Positions 26,890-37,700 of a stretch of DNA of 57,275 bases are shown here, piece after piece. The stretch is from a virus (taxonomy: Duplodnaviria > Caudoviricetes), in IMG/VR virus record IMGVR_UViG_3300021375_000031, positions 1-57,275 of that record. The stretch is one strand, 5' to 3'. Position 1 is the first letter of the stretch. Each line of letters begins with the position of its first letter. The notes beneath the pieces were generated by a model. It made no database searches. It saw only the letters and a program-made list of their open reading frames with translations, and was not told where the DNA came from. A program made the position numbers and the translations under genes.

Positions 26890-26897
26890 TACTTATC
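26890..26897 (-). promoter_or_regulatory. Late promoter variant GATAAGTA, 5 nt before the ATG (apparently leaderless)
   Basis: Minus strand GATAAGTA-CTAGT-ATG; no SD sequence. Confidence 0.5.
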
Positions 26898-26940
26898 TAA
26901 GACTAAAATTTTGGTATTTTTATAAAGGAAAACTGTGCAT

Positions 26941-26972
26941 ATTAAAACACGTTTTAATCTTTTAGATAAATA
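26941..26972 (+). promoter_or_regulatory. Perfect palindrome ATTAAAAC-AC-GTTTTAAT plus late promoter GATAAATA (26965-26972)
   Basis: Read directly; the ATG follows 5 nt after the octamer. Confidence 0.75.
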
Positions 26973-26977
26973 TTGTT

Positions 26978-27388
26978 ATGGCAACATTTAAAGGTTTTAG
27001 TACAGTGGACAGGAATGGACCTCCCTTTAACTTAGAAGATTTAGAATTAGTCAAACAGGACATTTTAAATCAACTAAAAACATCTAAAGGGGAGAGAGTT
27101 ATGCTACCAGAATTTGGTAGTGTTATACCTGACTTGTTAATGGAGCCTTTAACAGAAGCAACTATTGGTTTTGTTAAAGACGATGTAACAGATATTGTAA
27201 ATCAAGACCCAAGAGTAAACTTACTTAACTTAAATGTTTCCGCAATGGATAACACATTGAGATGTGAAATTCATTTAGAGTATAAACCAGACCTTACTGA
27301 AGATGTACTTGTAGCAGAATTTGAATCAACTACAGGCATATCTTTAAATAGCAGTGGAGTTGACTCCACTCAAGGCACAACGTATTAG
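26978..27388 (+). CDS. gp25: Baseplate wedge/sheath initiator gp25
   Basis: LVKQDILN.L.T.KGERVM.PEFG..I.DLL.EPL...DPRV. Confidence 0.9.
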   Translation: MATFKGFSTVDRNGPPFNLEDLELVKQDILNQLKTSKGERVMLPEFGSVIPDLLMEPLTEATIGFVKDDVTDIVNQDPRVNLLNLNVSAMDNTLRCEIHLEYKPDLTEDVLVAEFESTTGISLNSSGVDSTQGTTY

Positions 27389-27395
27389 GTAGAGT

Positions 27396-30300
27396 ATGGC
27401 GCAAGACATAAGACAAAATAATTTATTTGCCGCAGAAGATTGGCAAACAGCATATAAGGCGTTCACTAACGTAGATTTTAAAGCATACGACTTTAACACA
27501 ATACGCCAGTCTATGATTACATATATCAGGGAAAACTATCCTGAGAAATTTAACGACTATATTGAAAGTTCAGAATTTATTGCAATTATAGAATTACTTG
27601 CATACCTAAGTCAAAACTTGGCATTCAGAGTTGACTTAAACACCAGAGAAAACTTCCTAGCAACTGCTGAAAGTAGAGAAAGTGTTTTACGTTTAGCAAA
27701 GATGTTAGGTTATGCACCTAAACGTAATACTGCAAGTAGCGGTGTAATGAAAGTAACAGCAATTCAAACTACACAAAATGTTGCAGACAGTTTCGGTAGA
27801 AGTATTGCTAACGAACGTATCAATTTTGATGATGCCACAGAGTCTGAAAGTTACGACAAATTTATTAGTATAATGAATGCGGCTTTCACAACATATAACA
27901 AGTTTACAAAACCGGTTGCTAAAGAGATAATCGGAGGTATAAGTTCAGAACTATACCAAATTAATAGTGTACCAGGCACAAATGTAACATTCCCATTTAG
28001 TTTAAATTTAAGCAATACAGGTGTTCCGTTTGAAATGGTCAGTACACAGTTCAGCGAAAATAAAGCATTCCAAGAAAAAGCACCTGATCCAGATGCTCCA
28101 TTCCAAATCATATATAGAAATGACGGAAGAGGACTTTCAGGCAGTAACACAGGTTTCTTTATGATGTTCAAACAAGGCTCAATGGCATATCAAGATGCTA
28201 TTTTTGACAAGCCTATAAAGAACAACCAAGTTACAATTAGCCAATCAATGATTAACGAAAGTGATGTTTGGGTACAAGAGATTAATTCTGCAGGTGAAGT
28301 ACTAAGTCAATGGACTAAAGTTCCTAACTTGATTGGTCAAACATTGTTCTACAACAATTTAAAATTAGACAACAAAAGAGTGTTTGCAGTAGACAGCGGT
28401 TTTGAAGACAATATCACAATTAAGTTTGCAGATGGCAACTTTGGTGCTATTCCAGTAGGCACATACAGAATGTGGCACAGAAGTAGTGCAGGAACATATC
28501 AAACAATAAACCCAACAGATGCAGTAGACAAGCAAATTAATGTACCGTACACTGATGCAAACGGCGACCAACAAGTTTTAACAATGTTCTGCAGTCTACA
28601 ATATACAGTTTCAAACGGTACTCCTGCAGAAAGTATACAAAGTATTAAGCAAAGAGCACCACAAGTTTACCAATCACAAGATAGAATGGTATCAGCACAG
28701 GATTACAATGTATATCCATATGCTGTAAACAATAATATTTTAAAATTAAAAGCAATTAACAGGACACACTCAGGTCATAGTAGATTTATTGATATAAACG
28801 ATCCAACTGGAAAGTATCAAAGTGTTACTGTTTATGGTGAAGATGGATTACTTTACAAAGAAGATGCAAAAGATGTAAACACTATTGATATTGAAGGTAG
28901 TTCAATTATGTCTGAGATTGTTGAATCATTAATAACCAGTAAATTAAACAATAGTCATTTAAAGAACTTTATATATGAAGATTATAGAAATGTACATTTA
29001 GCAAATGACAGTTTGGTTTTTGATTTAACAAGAAATTATACAGTTATAAAATGGGTAACACAGCCTAATAGGTCAACAAGTACTACAGGTTACTTAACAA
29101 TAGATACTGGTGGTACTCCAGTTGTATTAAAGAATAATCAAGTAGGCGATGTTTATAGACAAATACAAGAGAATGCTAGGGTTAAATTTCAAAGTCCTAC
29201 GGATAGTACAAAATATAGATGGGTTGTTATTAAAGATATACAGAACAACGGTGGACTTATTACTAGTTCGAGTGCAGGTAAAGGCCCCATTACAATGTCA
29301 ACAAGTTTAGAAAACGGCTGGAGAGCAACAGAGTTGGTTGTAAGTGTACAATCTAATTTGCTTTCTAACATAACTACAGAAGTTAGTGCTGAACTAACAG
29401 CAAAACGAGACTTTGGTTTAGGTTATAATCCTAATCCATCAGGAGCATCGCAAACACACTTCTTTGTAATCAGTAATTCTATTCTGCAGAAAGATGCAGA
29501 GTATAGTGCAGATTTAAGCACAGGTGCTTGTTGGATTGCTAAGTTCGAATATGAGGAAGGTTCATCAGATGATGACTACTCATTTAAAATGACCACAAGA
29601 GGTAAAAAACTTTTGTTTGAAAGTTACGAAGATGTAGAGTTTATAGATGCAGATGAAAACTACACAGTTGATCCTGCAACAGGTAATGTTAAAAAAGACG
29701 TTATAGAACTGTTAGATAATAACAGTAAACCAAGTATTGAAGAAACGTACTATTGGGTAGACACCAATGCAGACGGCGTAGGCGATGCTTGGAATTTAAA
29801 AGACACAAATAACTACTATACTCCTACAGGAAATAGTCCTGAGATTGTTCTTAAAAACAGAGATGTGAGAGCAAACGAGTTAAGTGTAAAACTAATTTCT
29901 AACTTTGGATTATTACAAGGCGGAGATGCTAATGTAAGTGTTTCAGATACATACAGTGGTACAGAGTTTATAAGTCCCATAACAGTTGAAATGAGTGTTA
30001 ATAGTCAAACCAATTCAAATGGACAAGCAGTAGTTAAACCTAACTCAGGTAAAATTACAAACTTACCAAATAGTGTAGAGATACCATTAAGCAAGTTACC
30101 AGCAAATATAACAGGTGGCGCAAACGGTAATATTGCTTATGTGTTTACAGACTCATCAGGTGTAAACACTTTTAGAGGTAATGTGTCCACAACCAGTTTA
30201 CAAAGAGCAAACAGTCAAGTACAAGGCTCTATAGATGTTACAAGTAATACAACAATTAAAGTAAATGAATTTGACTCTAAAAGAACATTAGGTTTAGGTA

Positions 30301-31793
30301 ACCAAGATGTACTTAAAGTAAAATATTCAGATACAAGAGAAAGATTAGACGAAAATATTAAATTTGATATCTCAGATAAATTTACATATTCAGATGGATA
30401 TATAGATTATAGAAAAATTGAAGTATTACCAGTTGATACAGATTTCGATGGTGTGCCAGATGAGCCACTAGCATTTAGTAGATTTGTAGATCCAGACGAT
30501 TTAGTATTTTTTGAAAATCAAAAAGACTTACAAGGTAACGATTTTATTAGACCTATTAAGACTGGTATATTAGATTACAGAGCAGAAACAAGTGCTATAG
30601 TAGATTTCTTAAATGAAAACTTAGCACCAGGTTCAAATGTATTAGACCAAACAGACTTTACTAAGTTTGCATTAATACTTGTACCTACAAAAACTTTTGC
30701 TCAAACATACTTAACAAACAACAAAGCAAAATTACACGGTAAGAAGGTGTATGTAGCAGATACTAAAAAACTGTTTGACTTACAAATTGAGTTTTCAGAT
30801 TCAACTAACGTTATATTAACAGACAGTCAAAGTTATACCGTGAAAAACGGAAGATCCTTTACACAAAATACTAATACTACATACCGCCCAGTTAGTTTTA
30901 AATGGGAACACGTTGCACCTAGTGACGTTAGAATAGATCCTAGTATTAGTAATATTGTAGAAATGTTTGTTTTAACAAGAACATATTATTCAGAAGTTTT
31001 AAAATATAAAAACTCATCAGAGTTAGGTAAAACTTTCCCACTTGGTCCAACTTCTGAAACACTAGCACAAAACTTTAGTGAACTAGAAAAATACAAAAGT
31101 ATTTCAGACCAAATAATTTATAGAAGCGGAAAGTTTAAAGTGTTATTCGGCGCAGAAGCACTTCCAGAATTACAAGCAACATTTAAAGCAATCAAAATGC
31201 CAAATGTTACAATTAGTGATAACGAAATTAAGAGTAGAGTTAAACAAGCAATAGACCAATTCTTCAATATACAGAATTGGGACTTCGGTGAAAGTTTTTA
31301 CTTTACAGAATTAACAGCATACGTTCATACTCAAACAAATGATATATTAGGTAGTTTAGTAATTGTACCTAAAGACCCAAGCAGAAGATTTGGAGACTTA
31401 TTTGTTGTAAGGTGTGAACCAGATGAAATATTTATGAGTACGGCAACAGTCAACGATATTAAAATAGTATCAGACTTTAATCAAGAAACTTTACAGCAAA
31501 TTGGTTCAGCAGTACAAGGTTCAACAGCAGGAGCAACTGCTGATAATGGACCGTATGCAATTAACGGATACTATCCTTTATACTCAACAGCAGACGCGGC
31601 GTCAGAGGCAGGAGACGGTACTAGTCATCAGCACACATTCTTTGGGCAAACATTCTATATGCCTAATGGTGTAACTTATTACCACGGTACTTATAACGTA
31701 AGTAGCGATGGTCTAAATAGTAGTAACACAGGCGGTTCGGGTAGTAGTGGTAGTAGTGGTAGTAGCGGATCAAGTGGAAGTGGTGGATATTAA
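27396..31793 (+). CDS. gp6: Baseplate wedge subunit gp6-like (1465 aa)
   Basis: DF..IR..MI.Y....YPE.FNDY.ESSE, RENFL.TA..RESV.RLA..LGY, I.FADG.FG.IP, ESI..IK.RAP..Y..QDRMV.A.DY, WDFGE.FY. Confidence 0.85.
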   Translation: MAQDIRQNNLFAAEDWQTAYKAFTNVDFKAYDFNTIRQSMITYIRENYPEKFNDYIESSEFIAIIELLAYLSQNLAFRVDLNTRENFLATAESRESVLRLAKMLGYAPKRNTASSGVMKVTAIQTTQNVADSFGRSIANERINFDDATESESYDKFISIMNAAFTTYNKFTKPVAKEIIGGISSELYQINSVPGTNVTFPFSLNLSNTGVPFEMVSTQFSENKAFQEKAPDPDAPFQIIYRNDGRGLSGSNTGFFMMFKQGSMAYQDAIFDKPIKNNQVTISQSMINESDVWVQEINSAGEVLSQWTKVPNLIGQTLFYNNLKLDNKRVFAVDSGFEDNITIKFADGNFGAIPVGTYRMWHRSSAGTYQTINPTDAVDKQINVPYTDANGDQQVLTMFCSLQYTVSNGTPAESIQSIKQRAPQVYQSQDRMVSAQDYNVYPYAVNNNILKLKAINRTHSGHSRFIDINDPTGKYQSVTVYGEDGLLYKEDAKDVNTIDIEGSSIMSEIVESLITSKLNNSHLKNFIYEDYRNVHLANDSLVFDLTRNYTVIKWVTQPNRSTSTTGYLTIDTGGTPVVLKNNQVGDVYRQIQENARVKFQSPTDSTKYRWVVIKDIQNNGGLITSSSAGKGPITMSTSLENGWRATELVVSVQSNLLSNITTEVSAELTAKRDFGLGYNPNPSGASQTHFFVISNSILQKDAEYSADLSTGACWIAKFEYEEGSSDDDYSFKMTTRGKKLLFESYEDVEFIDADENYTVDPATGNVKKDVIELLDNNSKPSIEETYYWVDTNADGVGDAWNLKDTNNYYTPTGNSPEIVLKNRDVRANELSVKLISNFGLLQGGDANVSVSDTYSGTEFISPITVEMSVNSQTNSNGQAVVKPNSGKITNLPNSVEIPLSKLPANITGGANGNIAYVFTDSSGVNTFRGNVSTTSLQRANSQVQGSIDVTSNTTIKVNEFDSKRTLGLGNQDVLKVKYSDTRERLDENIKFDISDKFTYSDGYIDYRKIEVLPVDTDFDGVPDEPLAFSRFVDPDDLVFFENQKDLQGNDFIRPIKTGILDYRAETSAIVDFLNENLAPGSNVLDQTDFTKFALILVPTKTFAQTYLTNNKAKLHGKKVYVADTKKLFDLQIEFSDSTNVILTDSQSYTVKNGRSFTQNTNTTYRPVSFKWEHVAPSDVRIDPSISNIVEMFVLTRTYYSEVLKYKNSSELGKTFPLGPTSETLAQNFSELEKYKSISDQIIYRSGKFKVLFGAEALPELQATFKAIKMPNVTISDNEIKSRVKQAIDQFFNIQNWDFGESFYFTELTAYVHTQTNDILGSLVIVPKDPSRRFGDLFVVRCEPDEIFMSTATVNDIKIVSDFNQETLQQIGSAVQGSTAGATADNGPYAINGYYPLYSTADAASEAGDGTSHQHTFFGQTFYMPNGVTYYHGTYNVSSDGLNSSNTGGSGSSGSSGSSGSSGSGGY
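31740..31766 (+). repeat. 9-bp tandem repeat (GGTAGTAGY x3) encoding a Gly-Ser-Ser tail
   Basis: GGTAGTAGT GGTAGTAGT GGTAGTAGC. Confidence 0.8.
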
Positions 31794-34700
31794 TGAGCAA
31801 TAAACCTTACGATTTATTACCAATACAGTTTCAATCAGAGACCAATAAAACGTTCTTTGAAAATACCGTAGACCAACTATTTAAAAAAGCAAATACAGAA
31901 ATTGTTGACGGATTAATTGGAAGAAAAATCCCAGGCACAGACTCGCCCGAAAGAGCAGACTTCATTGAACACAATGATACGGGTAGAAACTTTTACACCC
32001 TAGAGCCTACTTATACAAGTACAGAACCAGTTTCCGGAACACCAGGTAACTTTGTATTTTACGAAGACTTGCTGTTCTCTTTAAAAAGTTACAACGCATT
32101 TGTAAACAATCATAATAGACTGTTTAAATCAAAACAGTTTACTTACAGTCCCCCGATAGACATTGATAAGTTTGTGAACTATCAAAACTATTTCTGGATT
32201 CCAGAGAATTTAGATATAGTTAAAATATATGGCTCTGCAGACAGCACTATTAACATAGACAACATTCCAGGATCTAAAACTTTTGTTGCCCCAAATGGTA
32301 CAGAATTACTTAACGGTAGTTTTGTACAATTTACTGGAACTCACGTAAGTGGTAGCACATATCTAAAGGACACAACTTATCAAGTCGAGGGTGTAGGACA
32401 CCACATAAGATTATTAGTACCAAACACAAAAGACAAAATATCTGCATACGCAACATTTGACAGTATTGCCTTTGATGCAGATTGGGACGGCATTGGAAAC
32501 TTCTCAGGTGCAGGTTTAACATACGATGCAGATAATATTAATCCTACATTATACAGTTTTGATAATCAGCCATATGATGCAGTTAGTAACCAACGTGAAG
32601 CAGATTACTTACTACAACAAAGAGGTGCAAAAAATCATAATCCTTGGAGTAGGTTAAATTACTGGTACCACATACAAACAATTCAGCAATCAAGAATTGT
32701 TTCAACACAGGTACCAAATCCTTGGGACGTTAGCAGTTACGACACAACAAGTTTCGATTATGAATTTGTTGAAGGTCAAGCAATAGGCAGTATTCCAGCA
32801 AATGCCATTAGAGCAACAAGACCAATTATAGAATTTAATAGAGATTTAGAATTATACAATTACGGTATAGATTTTAACAATTATGTAGATGTAGTAATTA
32901 ACGAACCAAAAAATCAAATTGATGACAAATTACCAATGGGTAATCCTATTAACGGCACAACTTCAGCAGTAGGTAAGAAAGCAATCTTTACTGCCAATGA
33001 ACAAGGTGCAACCATTTACGATATTGTAGATACTGGTACAGGTAATGTATCATTTACTGCAAACAGCAGTATTACAATATCAACGGGAGACACATTCTTA
33101 ATACAAGAAGGTGCTGACATAGGTGCAGAATATTATTATAATGGTTCTAAATGGACAAAAGCACAGTTCAAAAACAAAGTTAATTTAGCACCTAAGTTCA
33201 AACTGTACGATGATGCTGGAGTGTCGTTAGACGACAGTACAACGTATCCTAGTAGTACATTTAAAGGCAATGAGTTATTCAGTTATAAGACTAATAGTTT
33301 AAATGCAAACGATTCAATTTTAAACTTTGCTATAGATAGAAGAAGTGGACAGTACTCCAGTGATATGCTTTTTGAAAATGATATTTCTAAAGATATTTAC
33401 AACTATGTACCAACAGGATCTACAATAAAAAGTGTTATCCCAGGTTATTACTATGCAAAAGATTTAACATATGATTTCAACGGTAATAGAAATGATAGAT
33501 ATCTTCACAGTTGGATGCCAAATGATGTACCTAGTTTTTATCTAACCTTCGATGTTAGTAGAAATTATAAAGCAGGACAAACTGTAAGTTACAAAAAACA
33601 ATTCTTCACAGCAAAAGCAGATATCACAGCAGGTAATTTTGATATTACAGAATGGGATATAGAGGCAGAAAAATTCTCAGTACAGGTTGTAAGAGATGAG
33701 TACTTTATTACTGAAGCAAACAAAACAACAAAACGATTTGATATAAGTGCTACCCCAATAAACGAACAAGTAGATGTATTTGTTAACCAAAGAAAACTTG
33801 CTAAAGGCACAGACTTTACTGTAGTTACTAGCCAAAACGGAATATTGTTTACTAGCACTCCTGCATTAGGCAGTTTAGTTACAATTAAAACAACTACAAA
33901 CAGCGATGTAGATTTAACAAAACAAGGTAGATTTGAGATACCTAGTGCATTATCACATAACGTTGAAAACAAAAGTATTACAGAATTTACAACCAGTGAT
34001 GTTTTAAGTCATTACTTAGGACTAATAGAAGACCAGCCTACTTTCAAAGGAAATGCTTTAGGTATAAACAACTATACTAATAGTGAAAGAATACACACTG
34101 GAAATAATGCAAAAATTAGGCAAACGTTTAGTGACTTGCCAACTGCTATGCTTTTATCCAGAGGTAGTGTATTAAACTTAATAGAAGCATTAAGATATAG
34201 TGAAGTAGAATACAACAAGTTTAAAAACAGATTAAAAGGCAAAATTAAAAATTATGTCACTAATAACACCATTCAAGGTAAAACAGATGCACAAATTTTT
34301 GAAGACGTATATTCAGAATTAATTGCAACTAGAACAAATGATACTGCATTCAATAGAACATATATGTTACCTTGGGGTACAGAATACGAAGAAAAAGAAT
34401 TCACAGCAAACACAACTACAACTTTCACCACAACTGTAAGTGCAAACTTAGAGCAAATGAATAACTTTGTTAGTGTTTATAAAAATAATGAATTGCAAAC
34501 AATAGGCACAGACTATACTGTAACAAGTAGTGTGCCAGTTATAGTTTCAATGACATCAGTTGCGGCAAATGACAAGATTAAGATTAGAGCATACCAAGAT
34601 AGTTCGCCAAGTAATATACCATTTACTCCTTCAGCATTAGGATTATATGCAGTCAAAGAACCAGGTTTTATAACAGATACATCATATACAGCAAACCTTG

Positions 34701-37700
34701 ATGTTATATGTGGACACGATGGCAGTTATACCACAAAGGAAAATAACAAAGTAGATGATATTATTTTACATTATGAAAAATTGGTGTACAATAGTATTCC
34801 ACAAAGTGTTAGAGATAGAGATACAATAAGCAAATACTTAACTATAGATAATGTTAAGCCTAGTTACTTTGCAAATACAGATTTTAAAAAGAAAGAAATT
34901 GATAGTGTTTTATTTAATGGCTTCTCAAGATGGGTTAGTCAAAACAATGTAGACTTTGTAACAAACAGCACAGTTGATAGTGCAGATCCATTTACTTGGA
35001 ATTACGGAGAATTAGGACATTGGAGAAATATATTTGAATACTATTATGATACACAAACTCCTAATACAACACCTTGGGAAATGTTTGGCTTTGACAGTAT
35101 GCCTACTTGGTGGGTAACATATTATGGTAGTGCAACAGTAACCAGCAACAGTACAAGTTTTTGGACAAACGTATCAACAGGATTTATTCCAGAAGGAGAA
35201 AGACAAGGATACCATCCAAGATATAAAAGAGAAAGTATTTTGTCTATGCTACCTGTGGACACTAATGGTAATTTAGTTGCACCAAATGTAAGTATTGCAA
35301 GTGGTGTTACATCTACTTCAGATGTAATATATGAATCTTGGTCATTCGGAGACAGCGGACCAGCGGAAACGGCTTGGAAAAGAAGTTCAGCATATCCGTA
35401 TGCAGTTGTAACAGCATTGTTCTTAACAAGACCAGGCGAGTTTGTAAAATATTATTTAGATCCAGATCAAATACTAGAGCCTACTGTATTACCACAGCAA
35501 CTGGTAGATAAAACTACTAAGAAAAGAATTTCACACAGTAAAATTACTGTTCACGGTGGACTAGAAGCAGATAATACAACAAGAATTTTAAAAATAGGTT
35601 TCAGTCCTATATTAGATAGTTGGGTGTCTTCACAAGGATTAGACACTCACGTACAAGTTCAACAAACTATACAAAATACAGATGTTAAACTAGGTCATAA
35701 ACACAGCGGTTTTGTTAACCTTAATGACATTAAACTTTATAGTGATAAATTAAGTATTGACGGATTCAGTACTGGTGAAAAAGTACCGTCAGAAGATGTT
35801 TATACAGGATTACATACTAGTGGTGTAATTGCAAGAAACTATTATACTGGTGTTAAGATTACTAGAACAGCAAACGGCTATCAAGTAAATGGTTATGATA
35901 AAAGTAACAATGTGTTTAACATATTAGAGAGTGACGTAAATGGCGGCTCAGTAGGAATTGATGTAGGAGGAACTCCTATTATACCTGCTATTTTCAGTAT
36001 AAGCGGAACATACAATCAAAACGATATTATAAGTTACAACGGCAATTTTTATAAAGCAAATAATAACCTAGAACCTGCAGACTTTGATTTTGCTAATTGG
36101 ACTCAGGTTAGTGACCTTCCTAAAGAAAATGTAAGAACAGGAAAATATTATAACAATACCACAGGAAAAGTCAAGCAAATAACATACGGGCATACTTTCC
36201 CTGATATAGATTCAACTTTTGATTTCTTAATTAGTTTAGGAAGACATCAAGAAAAATTAGGTTTCGACTTCGGTGATTACAATGAAAGTATAGGAGATGT
36301 AGGTAATTGGATTTATACAGCAAAACAATTTTTATTCTGGGTAGACAGTAATCCAGCAGTTGGTACTATAACAGCATTTAGTCCAATGGCAGAAAAACTA
36401 ATGTTTGAATCTGCAATAGGCACAGTTAATCAAATAAACAAATTTACAAAAGGCATTCCATCATTTATAGATGCAGATGGTAGTGTACTAAATCCTAAAC
36501 AATGTGGAATAACTAGAAGCGGAAGACAAATTACAATTACACCTCCACAAGGAAAAAGTATTTACGGTGTTTTATTATTAACAAGTGTAACAGAACACGC
36601 AACTGTTATTAATAACAAGAGTGTGTTTAATGATACAATTAATAATGACATTTACAGTATTAGACAAGAACGTTTAAGATTAAAAACACAAATTTCTAGA
36701 GAATGGGACGGATCACTTAATGCTCCGGGTTACATTATTACACCAAGTCAAGTTTTACCTAACTTTGAAAACTTGGTAGAAGCAACTAGAAATTATCATC
36801 AAATGTTTAGTACTCCTACATTGCCAATTAAACGAATTTTATCGAGGTCATTGTTTGGATATAATGACTCAGAATATTTAAATAATTTAGGTATTGAAGA
36901 AGACGAGCAAGTTGAATTAATGAAAGGTGCTATCAGAGCCAAAGGTACAGTAGCAGGTTTAGATAGAATATTAAGAAGTGATAGCATTAACACAAATAAA
37001 GACTTTACAGTTTACGAAGAATGGGCAATTAAGCAGGGAGCATTTGGAGACATCAGTTCTAATAAGAGTTTTGATTTAATTATAAACAAAAAAGACTTTG
37101 TAAGAGACCAGCAGTTACTAGAACTTAAATTCCCTGAAAGTGTTACAGGTATTGTTTCAGCAATTAATATTGTAGAAAAGAAAACACAATACTTTGCACC
37201 ACCAATTATAGAAGTTGATAAGCCTCCAGTACCACCCTCAGGACTAAGTGGTGAAGGAAATGGTAGAGCATTAGCAAGTGCTACACTGGCATTAGATGGT
37301 ACATTGGGTAATATATCAGTAGACTACAAAGGGTTTAATTATGATAATGCACCTAATGTTACTGTAATTACAGGTAATTTGTATGTTTCTAAAATAGATG
37401 AAGTATTAACTAATGGACTTGCAATGAGTAGCAGTTTAGTTCCACAACCATTCAGCAATGTAGGGTTAAGTAATTTGGTTGTTACCGACCACACAAACGG
37501 TGGAACCATAACAACTAATGTTGCCGCAACAACAAGTTTAAGCAATTTAGTAACAGCATTTAACATTCAAGCAAGTGCAATCAGTAATGCTAATGTAATA
37601 GCGGCAACAGAATTTACAAATTCAGTTGGTCCTATGTTCCTAAAACTTACAGGTAGCGACTTCACAGTAGCAGATGACGATTCAGGAACAACATTAAGTT

